Source: the human T2T-CHM13v2.0 reference genome, Homo sapiens. Taken from it: a stretch of 64,000 bases of DNA. How positions within the stretch are numbered: the first letter of the stretch is position 1; every line of letters begins with the position of its first letter. The translations under genes were made by a program, and so were the position numbers. This document shows, piece by piece, positions 14,261-28,659 of this stretch. Location of the stretch: NCBI RefSeq assembly GCF_009914755.1, contig NC_060937.1; one strand, 5' to 3'. The notes beneath the pieces were generated by a model. The model was not told the origin of the DNA. It did not search any database and saw only the letters and a list, made by a program, of their open reading frames with translations.

Positions 14261-15329
14261 TTATATATATATAGAGAGAGAGCTTTTAGAGGAAATAAAA
14301 TAACTTTCAGGGAAAAAAACACAAAAATGTAAAATAAAATAAAAGCAAAGACAAAATAATAAAACAAAACAGTAACTAAAATTGTTTCATTGCCTAAAAG
14401 TTATTATTGCTTTTATTTCCTATGTCATACCAGAAGAAAATTTTTCTAAGTAGAGTGGCTTGATTTTGCTGGATAATTATTTGGATCCCACTAATATGTA
14501 TGCTTTAAATGTACTTCAGAATACACAATGTCTATTCATATACTTCGTTTCATCTCATCAATAATTAGGAGGACAGTCACTGTTGAACGTATTAAAGAGT
14601 GAGCTCAGTTCTTACTCCCATACCACCTAAGAATCCTTTGAAGATAAAGCACTCCTGACCTAAGAATGAAATAATAATGATAGTAATTTCAGTCTGCGTG
14701 ATTAGAGAAGGTAGAGATCTGTGGTCCAGCAAGGTACTGTAGGCTCCTTAAACAGATCACATTTTGTCTTACGTGTATTTCTAGCTCTAATAAAGTTAAT
14801 TCACATTGCTTGTGGGTTCTCTATAATTATATTATTCAGATTTGTTTTTTGAAATATAAATTTTCCATGATGTTAGTAAAATAAAGAGTTTTTCTTAAAA
14901 GCCAACTTAGGAGTTTGAAACAGCATATTCAGAGCTTAGTGCCACAAAATCAAAAGAGGGAAAAAAAATTGCCTAATGAAGTAAAGAGTCTAGGTATGAT
15001 CTCAGTCATACCTGGGCTCTGTACCTGGCAGGGCATAAACCTTCAAAATTTGAATGCTGAACAGCTAGTTGTGAGTTCCTTTAAAAGTCAGTACAGGGGC
15101 AGGCGACCTTTGGGGAGTGGCGTCTGTGAGTCAGTCATTTGGAAGTTGGAACATATTCCCCATGGAAACAATATCCCACATAGTGACTAAGTCCCCATGC
15201 CAATTCCTCAATGCTTATTTAACCCAAAATGCACTTGAATCTTATCTCTGGAGGTTATTTGGGTGAAAGGAAGACAAGGGAACAGAGAAAATGGACTTCC
15301 TCTGGTTTTCCTGGCTCAGAGCTCTCTTA

Positions 15330-15828
<499 letters not shown>

Positions 15829-17795
15829 TCAGCTGTTTCCTACCTTTCAGATTTCCTCCCAAAGACCTACCTCTCAAAGCAGGGCACCCACAGTCACTCC
15901 ACACCCACCACCTACTGCTCCATCAGAGCCTGCACCCCGAGGTCTCTCTGTGATCATAGGACCTGCCCCTGCTCAGAGCTGCCCCTCACAGATGCTCAGG
16001 ATGGGCACAATTTGCCCAACTACTTCACATGACTATGGGACTAGCCCATCACATACCATCACCCTGCCAGGAGCTTAGACCGTCGAAACAGGTTGGTTTT
16101 ACACAAAGAGGTGTTAACATAAGAGTATTTGTTAACGTATTACATAAGCTGAGGAAGTATCCCAGGGCCTGACACACTTGAGGTGACCACCCCTATAGAG
16201 TAGACCATATTGTGGATATATTGCACTGCAGTGATGCACAGATTTCCAAACACCAAGAGAGAGAGATCAATTAGAGTCGTTTTTTCAGCTCCTAATTCCC
16301 TATCAAATGGCAGGTCGTTTAGGGCAGATTGGTTTTCCAGAACTCTGTCCTCTGTATCAGCTCCCCTGAGATGACTCAACTCTCCATGGTTTCTTTACTT
16401 ATGAAATTACACACGTCTTTTTTAAAAGAAACAAAGGTTGGATGTGTTTTCCCTGCCTCCTATGGTTGTGCCAAGGGCCTCTGCTAGAAGGAAGAAAAGA
16501 CAGACAGAGCAGGCCTGGACAGCAGTTGTCACCTGGACACATGGATGATTGGTCATTGGGGACTGATTATTGAATATATAAAATAAAAATCTGGCTGAGT
16601 ATAACTTTTGTTTTAGGCAAAAATATGAACTTCTTTATTTACCAAAATATTTAAGTCATAAAAAAACCAGACTTTTTGCATTAAATGCAGTGATTAATGT
16701 TCTGTCCTCCTCTAAGTCAGCACAATGAATGACTACATTTGCTTCTTGAATGTAGGAGCCCCCCAGTCCTGTTGACTCCCATCTCTTTCTTCCCCACCTC
16801 TAGGACCTAGAGCAGGACTTTGAGGACAAAAGGTGTTCAATAAGTGGTCTTATTAAAAGTCAGTTTACCAAAACTCCTACTTTCTTCTCTAAAAGCCACT
16901 AAATATATCCAAGGGTGGAAAGAAACTGCAGATAACCAACGACAAGGCCTTTTTTTCCCTCTTAAGTGTGGTCTTTGGACCAAAACCAATTGTGAATCAA
17001 AACCAAGCACATTTCTGACTCCCACTACAGATGAGGTAGATAATGTCAGCTGGGAGCAGGTGGGAAGGGTCGCAGCCCAGCACTGTCATCTGAGCCCGTT
17101 ACTCCAATGAGCCTGTTAGAATGCTACAATCCAGCATCTTAGAAGGCTGCATATCCTTGCAGATAGGGGAGGAACAAAAAAGAATAAAAGGGGCCATATG
17201 GAGCCAGGAGCTTGCCCCCTGGATCAGCAGTTCAGGATGGGCATGAGAGCACTCTGGGTGCCTGGAAAATAGGCTGTGCCTGGCAGTCAGGGAGCACCCT
17301 AAAGGAGGACTGAACTGCTGAAGCACAAGACAGACCCAGGAGGCAGCAGGCAAGGCCCTGGAGAGGAAGCCACTAAGTCACCAGGAACCCTCAGTGTTGA
17401 ATCAGCAACTGCAGTTCCTTAGAACATTCCAGAAGTGTCCTTCTCTCTCTAAGACGAAAGATACCTCCCACCCACCTCCACACTCTCCCTAAGTTTCAAG
17501 GCTCTCTCTGTTATTGTGTGGATGATAAATTTGGCATTAAATGAAAGTACTGTTATTAGATGTGTATTGAGCACTCATGTTCCTGCCTTATCCTTCTTTC
17601 ATTATTTATGAAAGATGAGGAAAGCTCCAACCTGTCTCTCTGAGATAAGAAGGGTGAGATAAGAGGTGGGAGATCTCAAACAAGAGCCTGGTCAGCCACA
17701 GCCACGGCAGTGACAAGATGCTCCAGAGGAAAGTGGAACCCAGGGCTCTGGACTACATCAGCATCACTGCCCACCTGAGGCTCTCCTATCAGCCC

Positions 17796-18329
17796 TGTGA
17801 TGGTTAATACTGTCAACTTGGTTGGATCAAAAGATGCAAAGTATTGTTCCTGGGTGTGTCTGTGAGGGTGTTGCCAAAGGAGATTAACATTTGAATTAGT
17901 GGATTGGGAGAGGCAGACCCATGTTTAATCTGGTTGGGCACTATCTAATCAGCTGCCAGCATGGCCAGAATAAAGCAGGCAGGAGAAGATGGAAGAGCAG
18001 ACCCACTGAGTCTTCTGGCTTTCACCTTTCTTTCCATGCTGGATGCTTCCTGCCTTCAAACATCAGACTCCAAGGTCTTGAGCTTTTGGACTTACACCAG
18101 TGGTTTGCCAGGGGCTCTTGGGCATTCAGCCACAGACTAAAAGGCTGACCTGTTGGTTTCCCTACTTTTGAGGTTCTGGGATTTGGACTGGCTTCCTTGC
18201 TTCTCAGCTTGCAGACAGCCTATTGTGGGACCTCACCTTGTGAATGTGTGAGTCAATACTCCTTAATAAACTCCCCTTCATATATACATCTATCCTATTA
18301 GTTCTGTCCTTCAACAAAACCCTAATACA
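17796..18329 (+). mobile_element. MLT2A (HERV-L) solo LTR
   Basis: TGTGATGGTTAATACT...CCCTAATACA termini, gggtgtgtctgtgagggtgttgccaaaggagattaacatttg core; 5-bp TSD AGCCC (17791-17795, 18330-18334). Confidence 0.92.
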
Positions 18330-20183
18330 AGCCCCACCCTGGAATTTGTTTTACAAAGGAGATATCTTTCCTTACAGTCTTCTCCTGCTTGGTTATTGGT
18401 CTAGTGTGGATATTTGCCTTCTTGTGTTTTTGAGACATGATCAAATGACTGGATGGATAATGTGTGTGTATTTTTATTGATGAGGAACCTCACACATAAG
18501 AAAAGAAACCTGATAAAGTCAAGCCAGGAAAAGCGCAGAACATGGCATTTGCTCCTAAAGAAGGCCCTCATGAAGTAGCTTTAAACAAACTTTGCTTCCT
18601 TCAAGAAACCACCTTCTCTAGAGAATACCTGTTGGAGAGATTAAGTATCACTTGCCCCATGAATTTCAGCGTGATTCATTCGGCAAGCATTACTGAGTGC
18701 CTGTTATGTGCAGGGCTCTCTACTAGGCATGGGTAGACAGTGAGTGAAACTAGACACAGTCTTTGCCTCCCAATTTTAAGAAAATGCCTCCTGATTGGTA
18801 AAAATCTGGAGACCTCTCCTCCTTTGGCCCCTGGAAGGGAATATGATATTCCTAATAAAGACATTGTCTTTCCTATGAGACACTTCATAATTTGCTCAGG
18901 AGGGGAGCTCAGATTTACACTAGAAGAGAAACTGTGAGGTCTCCAGTGAGTTTGGGGTAACTGTGAAATGAATCATTGCCAGTTGGTCTGTGGGAAGATC
19001 AATTCCCATACAAAGCACCAAACAGAAATTCTGGAGCCAACTGACATCTGCACTTTATTCCTCCTCTCAGTAGCATCACCATTCAAGTGGCTGTTACACT
19101 TTTTATTCTCCACCTGCTTTTGGTGATTTTACTGAAGGTGAACAAGCTTGAGGAACCACCTGAAGAAAGAAGGAAACCTGCCCTTCTGAGCTAGTCTTTT
19201 AGATAGCAGCACTGAGCAGCGCAGATTGACGGGATCAAAGCTGTTGGGGTCAACTGCAACTACTGGTTCTGCTGTTGTCTGGTCTATTCACTCACCCCTT
19301 CTAGACTAATTTCTGGAGACTTTAGCAACTCGTTTTTCAACAAAATGCAGATGACTTCATTTTACTTTGCCTTAAGCTTTATATAACCTAATACTTAATA
19401 TGCGCTGAGTAATTCTACTGTACCCCATCAAAAAGCAGTCTGCAAACATCCCAGAATATCACGTCACTTTGACTTGGATCATAATAACCTATTAACCCTC
19501 TTACTGAAATCTCAGTTTTGTGAAAACTTGTATTCTAGAACCCTGTTGAAAGCTACAGAGTTGACCCAAATACCCTCAGCAAGGCTTTTTATATTTTATA
19601 TTTGGCTTTCAATAGCTGGAAATGCCACAGCTTCACTTCAGGTTGGTTTTAGGGTTGTTTAGCTGCTGTCCTTTCCTCTAACACCTAACTCATTATCTTA
19701 AAAGCCTAGAAGAGTTAAATCATAAAGTCTGATTGTTCAGGGCACCTTAAATGGTCAGAGTACGGAGCTTTCAGCAAAACCTTGGGGATTTTTCCAATAG
19801 CAGCCAACCATAGCTGTACAAACACATTGTAATGAAACTTGACTGTGTCTTGCTGTCAAACAAGTATATGTAGGTATAGCACTGAAAAACTTGTTTGAAA
19901 GTCTATGTCCCTGGGGCTCTTGGAGGAAGGCTGTCTTCTTTTGCTGCCTATACTTCGGGGAACTGAAGTCAAAAGCACAAAACAACATAGTCAGTTTGTC
20001 TCTGGGAATGCCTAGCCCAGTGCAGTGTTGCCTTGTTACAAGTTCCTATGACATTTACCATTCCCTCGTGACAAGGGGCCCTCACCTTCATTGTAGGACA
20101 TCCCTCTACTGACTCATAAGGTATAATATTAGAAACCTTTTCTGCTGGGTTTCTCATGCCTATAATTCCAGCACTTTCAGAGG

Positions 20184-20442
20184 CCAAGGCAGGAGTATCT
20201 CTTGAGCCCAAGAGTTAGACACTAGCCTGGGCAACATGTGAGACCCCATCTTTACTAAAGAAATAAAGAAATAAAAATTAGCCAGGTGGGGCAGCACATG
20301 CCTGTGGTCCCAGCTTCTCAGGAGGCAGAGGTGGGAGGATTGTTTGAGCCTGGGCTGTCAAGGCTGCCATGAGCTGTGATCATGCCACTGCACCCCAGCC
20401 TGGGTGACAAAGCAAGACTCTGTCAAAAAAAAAAAAAAAAAA
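20184..20442 (+). mobile_element. AluJ SINE
   Basis: Diverged dimeric Alu with J-type motifs; agaaacc..ttttct on both flanks. Confidence 0.9.
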
Positions 20443-20669
20443 GGTCAAAAGAAACCACTTTCTGATATAATACAGACATTTTATTTTCCTGTGAGACCCT
20501 TATTTCTGCTGATTCTATAAGATCATTTGAAACAGGTTTGCCCCACTCTGGAGTTTACTTCTTCATATCCATGTTTCCTTTACAGAACCAGAATTATCTT
20601 TCTTTTCTTTCAGGAACAAGTTTCTTTGACACACTGTTTTATTTCAAGCTTCTCATTTTTATTCAGTTA

Positions 20670-21010
20670 CTACTTTCATTTGTTTATTCATTCTTTCAGT
20701 AAGTGTTTGTTGAAGGTCTGCTAGAAGCCAAAAATCATTCTCGGGCCAAAGATATGGTAGTGAAAAAGACAGACAAGATCCCTGTTCTCATACAGTTTAT
20801 AGCTTAGGGGATAATAATAGCTAGAATCATTGAGTGCTAAAGACTTTACACTCATTACCTCCTTTAATTCACACACAGTCATATGAGGGAAGCATTAATA
20901 TCCTTATTTTACAGGTGAGAAAAGTGAAATTCTAAATAGCATGCCCAAGGGACCCCAGCAATCAGGAAGGAATCCGCAACTGAATTTGGATCCACTCACC
21001 TCTGCTAGTT
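20670..21010 (-). mobile_element. L2 3' end plus adjacent MIR
   Basis: tttattcattctttcagtaagtgtttgttga (L2), then attttacaggtgagaaaagtga (MIR). Confidence 0.6.
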
Positions 21011-22589
21011 ATCAAGATCCAAGCAGGGGACCCGGCGTTGCCTGTACCCCACCATCCAAAACTCCTGCTCACACATGTGCCTTTCCCCTTTCCTTTGGCA
21101 TTACTATCACACATCTCAATTGCCTTTCTTGATTGTCTCAGAGTCTCCCCAGTAATTCCCACTTATACAGAGCAACGGCTATATCTATATTCATGGTTAC
21201 TTTCAACACATGATTACCAAATGGGAAAACATCTGTAACATAACAGGTTTCCTTTCTGTCTTAATTATGGGCCTAGCAATCAGAGGAACTTTAATATTTA
21301 ATATCTAAGCAAAATACTTAATGATTACAAAGTGATGTTCCACTTTTGATGTAAAATCAGAGCTGAAGTGAACTCTAAGAAAATCAACTCTATTTGCCTG
21401 ACACAGAGGCAGGCCAGAGGCTGGAAGAAAGAAGGCATTTAAACTCATTAGAGCTGACCTATATAACCAACTTGGGTCTCAGCTCTGGTTTTTGCTTTGC
21501 TTTTGGTTCATGAATTATACAGGCAATTTAACTCATGAAGATAAATGAGGCTTTTCATTGTCAATACCCCTCCACACCCCATGACGCAGATAAGCTGATA
21601 AACAGGCTGCTAATTTTATTAACATTTTGCAATGTATGATTCAGTGTTGTTCACTGTAAAAACCAAGCTTCCTTACTTTAAATATTTACCTTCTTGCCCC
21701 ATTGTGCTTTGCCTCCAGTAAGAGTTGGAGTACTGCCAATATTGTTCTCCCTGTGATAGGTGACAGATTTCAATAATTATCAGAGTATATCACTAAGAGA
21801 TCTTTTTTTACATTAAAATGAAATACCAGGACTGCCTAACAGATGACAGTTTGAAACTAAGGGGGAACAATTTCTATTTGTAATAAATTATCTTAAAGAT
21901 CCCTGCCTATGAGTATTTATAGAGGGTCACTAAGAGTAGCTTGACTTTGCCAAACCTGTTTTAAAAGGAGCCACCCCCAAAATTTAATAGCATTTGTGTT
22001 TTGCTGGTGTCATCACCGTGTATGGGAGGAAGATTTTGAGATGTCTGGTTAGGCCCTGGAGGATTTGCTCTGCACAGCAGAAAACAATGGAGCCAAAAAA
22101 GCGAGCTCTCCCCCCAAAACAATGTCAAATAAATGATGATGACCCCCAGGTTTCCTGGGTGAGAGAAGCTAGAAGGTCAGGGACTGACAAGGCAGCTTCA
22201 GATAAAGAGTTGGAACAAAAAGTATGAATAACGTCGGGCTTTAAGAACACATTTTCACATGCCGCTGGCATGCTTTATGTGTTTGTGCACAGCCCTGATG
22301 GCTTTACTACTAGGAAACTTATTTACATTTTACCGGGTATCAGGAGACCTGGTTCAGAATATTAGTTTTTTTACCTAACTAGCTAGGTGACCTTCGGCTA
22401 AGAAATTAACTTGAGTATGTTTCCTACCATTTCCCAGAGAGAGCTGTTTTAAGGATAAGGTACAATGTGACATAGTGTTTGGCCCACGGAAGTGCCAGTT
22501 TGTAGCTTTTTTCTTTACTTACAATTTATTATTGTTGTTCTTATTGCCACTGTCACTTATTTTGGGAGTTAAAGTCATTTATATTATTT

Positions 22590-22940
22590 TTTTCCAAATA
22601 AGGACTATATTCCCCTGGCCCATCTGGCATTAGGCTTGGCCATGTGATTTCTTTGAGCCAATGAAATGTAACTGAAAGTGATGCATGTCGCTTTAGAGTA
22701 GAAGTTCTGAGGTCATGCTGCAGTGCTGCCGTTACTCTTTTTCTGCTGCCACAAAGACAGCACATCCCAGATAGGAGGTTCTTTCCATCAGAATACCAGA
22801 ATGAAGAGTACATACAGAAAAGAGCCATGGTTGACCTGCACCTGACATGTAAAACAACTTAGAACAAAAACCTGTATTGTAAGTCACTAAGAGTTGTTTG
22901 TAACTGCAGCAGAACCAAGAATAACTTGGCTCTGATACAC
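22590..22940 (+). mobile_element. MLT1 (I/J-like) LTR
   Basis: ggcttggccatgtgatttctttgagccaatgaaatg...gttgtttgtaactgcagcag...tgataca. Confidence 0.7.
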
Positions 22941-24053
22941 CTAATACATACCCTTGATTTACAGGGTTGGGGTAATTTGGAAAGGCAAAGATTTCAGCTA
23001 TGATCCCACCTGCCTTTAGAGGTTCTACTCCAAGCCTCCCATAGTATTAATATTCGGCGGTTCAGAATCTTGAGGAGGCCATTGTGGCAAAACAATGGAA
23101 TACCTTCACAAGTTATTTTTATTTCTCAATCACTTCTAATCATCTCCAGCTCACCCCACACTAAAACCCTCATCTATGTTTGCATAGAGCATCTAACTAG
23201 AACATCTTCAAGTGCAAAGAGGAATGGATACTAAAAATCCTTAAGACATACTGTTGGGGAAACAATGCCTACGATATAGAAAGAATCTTAAGAAACATGT
23301 CTGGCAAATATATAGGAGCAGAAAAAAAAGGGCATTTTCCTCCAGTGAGAAATCTGTGAGGCTTTGTTGAGCCGCCACTGTTCTAAGAGTTGTAGAGAAT
23401 ACAAATGTGATTAAGGTACATGCCCTGTCCTCCACGAGGTTATGGGTGAAGGAAAATAAGATAGTGCACAAATAACCAAAATTCCAAGTGACCGTGATAA
23501 GTCCTATAGAAAGATACAAACTGCTATGTGATCACAGAGGAGCAAGGGAGGACCTCCGGCTGAGGTTGGAGAAGGCTCCTAGAAGCAGCTGATCATCGTC
23601 CTGTACTTCTGCAGGCTAGATAGCACTTCCGTTATCAGGTATTGGGGTGGAGGAGAATTCCAGGGGAAGAGAACGGCAGAATAAAAGTATAAACAGAAAA
23701 AATAAAGTTATTTTCAGGAAATGGTGATCAATTGTTTGATTAGGCAGAGGGTTCATGAGGAAGTAGTGGGAAGCAAGGTTATGACTTGGCTGTGTTAATG
23801 CTAAGGTGGGGAAGGCACTGAAAAAACTAAGAAGGGGCAAAGACTTTCTGGGAAGCAATTCTGTGTCCTTGAACAGGGAATGACTCACCTGAACTGCATT
23901 CATTCCAAGTTTTACTTAAACAAGAGAATCAAATGCCTTGGCTAAATAGCAAGAATTAGAAGATCTAGTCAAGATGATGGCCCAAGCCCATGTGTTTTAC
24001 TCCCTCTCTTCCCCAAAATTCCACTAAAATGTCAGTAGTAAAGAAGTACAAGA

Positions 24054-24370
24054 GGCTGGGCACGGTGGATCACACCTGTAATGCAGCACTTTGGGAGACC
24101 CAGGTGGGTGGATTGCTTGAGACCAGTCTGCACAAGATGGTGAAACCCCATCTTTACCAAGAATACAAAAGATTAGCCGAGCATGGTGGCATGCACCTGT
24201 GGTCCCAGCTACTCCCAGATACTTGGGAGGCTGACGTGGGAGAATCACTTTAACCTAGAAGGCAGAGGTTGCAGTGAGCTGAGATCGAGCCACTGCACTC
24301 CATCCTGGGTGACAGGGTGACTCCATCTCAAAAAAAAAAAAAAAAAAGAAAGAAAGAAAGAAAAGAAAAA
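24054..24370 (+). mobile_element. Alu SINE (J/S) with A/GAAA tail
   Basis: Dimeric Alu with a small internal deletion in the left arm. Confidence 0.92.
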
Positions 24371-24798
24371 TGACAAAAGGACAAGAGTAGTACAGGGAAT
24401 CTATCAACCAGACAGAGATTTTGATAAATTTCTGGAAGATGGCCAGTTGGTAAGATTACATTTATCGATAAGAAAGCATGCAGAAAGTCTCCACTCAGCA
24501 TCAGAGGTAGTAGCCACTCTTCCCAGTCAGCTCAGCATATTTTTGAAGCTACAAACTGGTAAGTGAAGATGGCAGTGGGCAGCCAGGCAGGGGTCTAGGG
24601 GTAACTGAAGGTCTGTCTGTGAAGCAATATCCCACCCCCACCTCTGTTTTCTCAAGCCCCTAACAGCGGTGGAATTTATCACCAGGATAAGACTGGGAAC
24701 TGATCTATAAAAAGGTTGTTATCTATCAAGGAAGGGCTAGGGGTACTAGCCTGTGGGTTGCTAAGACCCTCTTCATTTCAGAGGAGTAGAATGTAAAT

Positions 24799-25137
24799 AC
24801 AATTGTTGCTCTGTATCCCAAGCTTGCACAGCTGTGGATTCAACCAACCCTGAATGGAAAATATTTGAAGAAAAAAAAATGGATGGTTGCATCTTTACTG
24901 AACATTTATAAAAATTCCTTTTTCTTGCCATTATCCCCTAAACAATACAGTATAACAACTATTTACAAATGATTTACATTGTATTATAATAATTTAGTGA
25001 TGATTTAGAGTATACAGAGGATTTACGTAGGTTATAAGCAAACACTATGCTATATTTTATCAGGGACTTGAGTATCCATGGATTTTGGGATCCCAAGGAG
25101 GTCCTGGAACTTCCAGGGATATCAAGGGATAACTACA
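24799..25137. mobile_element. MER2-like TcMar-Tigger MITE
   Basis: tgtggattcaaccaacc...ccctaaacaatacagtataacaactatttac...agggacttgagtatccatggattttgg. Confidence 0.8.
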
Positions 25138-25306
25138 CTGGAAACTTTAACAGTGTGAAAGTAATGGAACTGCTATCAGAAGGAATGAATGGAACCATAA
25201 TTTCCTCTCCTAAGTCGTATCTGCACATACTGTCTAAAGTTGACAGAATAAGACAGGTTGGAGTATGTTTTTTAGACGTATACAGGTAACCAAAATAAGA
25301 TCCAAA

Positions 25307-25622
25307 CTTTTTTTTTTTTTGAGACAGAGTCTCTCTCTGTCACCCAGGCAGGAGTGCGGTGGTGTGATCTCGGCTCATTGCAAACTCCACCTCCCGAGTT
25401 CACACCATTCCCAGGTTCACACAATTCTCCTGCCTCAGCCTCCTGAGTAGCTGGGACTACAGGTGCCCGCCACCGCACCCGGCTAATTTTTTGTATTTTG
25501 TTTTAGTAGAGATGGGGTTTCACCATGTTAACCAGGATGGTCTCAATCTCCTGACCTTGTGATCCGCCTGCCTCAGCCTCCCAAAGTGCTGGGATTACAG
25601 GTGTGAGCCACTGGGCCCAGCC
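25307..25622 (-). mobile_element. AluSc/Y-like SINE
   Basis: TSD taagatccaaacttt at 25296-25310 and 25625-25639; internal 17-bp duplication at 25398-25427. Confidence 0.95.
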
Positions 25623-27393
25623 AGTAAGATCCAAACTTTATAGCACAACTAAGAAAAAGTGAGAAGTGGAAAATGAAATGAAGAGAAGATTAAGTATGCC
25701 GAATTCCTCATCTTTCATAATGAGAATTTACTGAATATATTTACATTTTTTAAAGTACAAGAAGTGTTGCTGTAATCATGTAATTTATATATATGGAGGT
25801 AGCCACTAGAAGAATAAAACCAGATAAGATTAAATACTGTGGCTTCTGGAGAATAAAGCTTGAGTGGAGTAGGGGACTGTAGAGGTTGAGAGAAAATATT
25901 TTTATTTTATTGTATCCTAATCCGTTTGAATTCTTTTTAATGGTTAAATATTTACTATTGAAATTTAGAAGTAGGAAGAAAGAGCATTTGAATTTCACTT
26001 CAATGCTCAATTGACAGCATTACTAATGAGTTCTTTGTTGACCCCAAGACTTCTTAAGAAAACTACAAGTATCATGGGTCTACTATGGATTTTTCTTCCT
26101 TCTCATGTTTATGGCTCAGCCCCAACAGATATTTCTGATTCCCTTGCCTGACAGAATTTTCTTCCCTTAGAAACAAAAGTGTTTTTTTTTTCTTTTCTAC
26201 TGTGTGAGCCCTATACTTGGGCATACACATGTCAATTTAATTAGCAGTGTCTAGTTTTACAGTTCCCAGGAGCAACTGGGCCCAACATTATCACATGAGC
26301 TCTAGGTATTTTGGACCAGTTCAAAAGAGTCTAAAGAAAATGGCAGCTATTCGGTGTTAAACATGTAGCTGCATATAAAAATTACTATAGATTTTTAAAA
26401 AATGTTATCAGGTTAATTTAAACATACCTAATTGCTTTAATTTTTCTTAGCCTGTTTTACTGTATACTGAAATTTGCATGAGAGGGCTATGAGGAAAGAT
26501 TTAAATGAAGTTATTTTTCTAGTAAGATTTCAAGCAGGCAGATGTTTTCCCCAAGGAGCTGTTCAAACAGAACATGCAGAAGAGCATCCCGAGAGCCAGA
26601 AAGAGAGTACATCTTCAGCTATCAAATTTTTGCATCATTTTTAAGCTGCATCATTGTCTGTTTGAATTTCCAATGTATCATTTTTGAACCAGTGAAATTA
26701 ACCTTTGTCCAGTGATATGATAAGTTTTCCACTGAAGAGATCCGGAACACTCTAAATGTTTACTCTGAAAATTCTCCTGAGAATATCATAGTTTTAAAAG
26801 AGGTTAATTTATGCAGATAGGAGCTACTCAATTAGGCTCATGCTCAGAACAGTCTTCTCTGACAAGAGCCGCCTACCATCTGTGAAGTCAACTATTTCCA
26901 TTTCCAGTGATCCCAAGTTCATCCTTGTAGCTGCTGAGATTGAAATTCTCAGTCAATCATAAATATCATCTGTTCTGTTCCCCCTGTCCTACTCTGGCGT
27001 TCACTTAGGTCATGAATTTTTTTTTCTTTTCTAATCAACAGATTTCAAAGAAACACCACCAAAAAGGATGTGTAAATAATTTTATTTTCATGGCTGGTGG
27101 CTTTGCAACAACCACTAGCTCATTCTGGGGGTCCAGAAGGCTGCTCATTTTTTATTCTCTAGAAAGAACCCGGTGGCAGTTGGAATAGAATATTAACAGT
27201 TCAGGGAGGACTGTGGGAGGATCTCATTTTCCTTACCCTTCTCTGAATCAGGAGTCACTTAAGCAGACCTGCAGAGAATCACCACCTCAATTCTAGAATA
27301 TCTGACCTTATCAGGGGTCAGAGATCCCATAGCCACTCGCAGTTAATTGCCGCTGCAGTTAACAATTCCATCAGAACCGCCTAATCTAGGGTG

Positions 27394-27843
27394 TTTTTTT
27401 TTTTAATTATACTTTAAGTTCTAGGATACATGTGCAGAACGTGCAGGTTTGTTACATAATTATACACGTGCCAAGGTGGTTTGCTGCACCCATCAACCCA
27501 TCATCTACATTAGGCATTTCTTCTAATGCTATCCCTCCCTATCCCCCAACCCCCGAAAGGCCCTGGTGTGTGATGTTCCCCTCCCTGTGTCCATGTGTTC
27601 TCACTGTTCAGTTCCCACTTGTGAGTGAGAACATGCGGTGTCTGGTTTTCTGTTCTTGTGTTAGTTTGCTGAAAATGATGGTTTCCAGCTTCATCCATGT
27701 CCCTGCAAAGGACATGAACTCATCCTTTTTATGGATGCATAGTATTCCATGGTGTATATATGCCACATTTTCTTTATCCAGTCTATCAATAATGGACATT
27801 TGGGTTGGTTCCAGGTCTTTGCTATTGTGAACAGTGCTGCAAT
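27394..27843 (-). mobile_element. 5'-truncated L1PA (about PA7/PA8) 3' end
   Basis: Poly-T, L1PA 3'UTR and ORF2 C-terminus ([29 protein letters not shown]). Confidence 0.92.
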
Positions 27844-28659
27844 ATTAGAGATCCATAATCTAGCATTTTTAGACCCAGATTGTCCCTGAACAAAGCCCAA
27901 AGACTTCATCACCCTAGCTAAATCTCTCTATTGGCTCTTATTTTTGGCAGGTAAACCTAGCAGCTGAGTTGAAGTCTTCCTTTTTGCGAGATTCATTCAC
28001 CATGCTCAGTGGCACAGAACTTTGTGGAAGGACTAAAGACGTCATTTGGTTCAGTCTCCTGACTTTAAATAGATCAGGTCAAGATTTGCTTCAAAAAAAA
28101 TCTCTTTTAGGAAGCCTCCCCAGAACTACACAAAACTAGATTGATGCCTTTCTTTTGCATCTGAAGTCCAATGCCTTCCTTTTTCCTGGTATTTACATCC
28201 CAGATATAACATCTACTTCCTTGTCTGACTCTTCATCAAGCAGCCTTTAAGTTCTTCGAAGTCAGAAGTTCCTCTGTCTTCTTTGTACCCATGTTGTGTG
28301 CCCGGCACATTGCAACTGTCAGTAAATATGTGGTAAATGGCTTTTACAGGTGAGACACCTCAGCCCCAGATGATTTAGATGATTTCTAAGTCCTAGAACA
28401 AATGTAGTGTCATGAGCAGGAATTGCCTGAAAGGGGCCCTGGATTTTTGGGACAAGAAAGCTACCAGGGAAAGGAACTATAGCTGATTCAGCTTCCTGTA
28501 GAATCTGTGGCTTCCTCATCAGGCCTTCAGTAGCTAGGATTTCCAGATAACTCCTATACATAAACAGTTTCTATCCCCCAATCCGGATAACCTGGTACCA
28601 AGCTGCCTGTGAATCTCCCCACGAGGGCTCGTGTTTAAGAGATAAAATAAAATAAATGA

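Noticed and set aside
22257-22277. p53-like double CATG site (tcacatgccg c tggcatgc)
   Set aside because: Several mismatches to RRRCWWGYYY plus a spacer; too weak without binding data.
27381-27870. TSD for the short L1PA 3' fragment (taatctag on both sides)
   Set aside because: Only 8 bp match and it is offset from the element ends; not a confident TSD.
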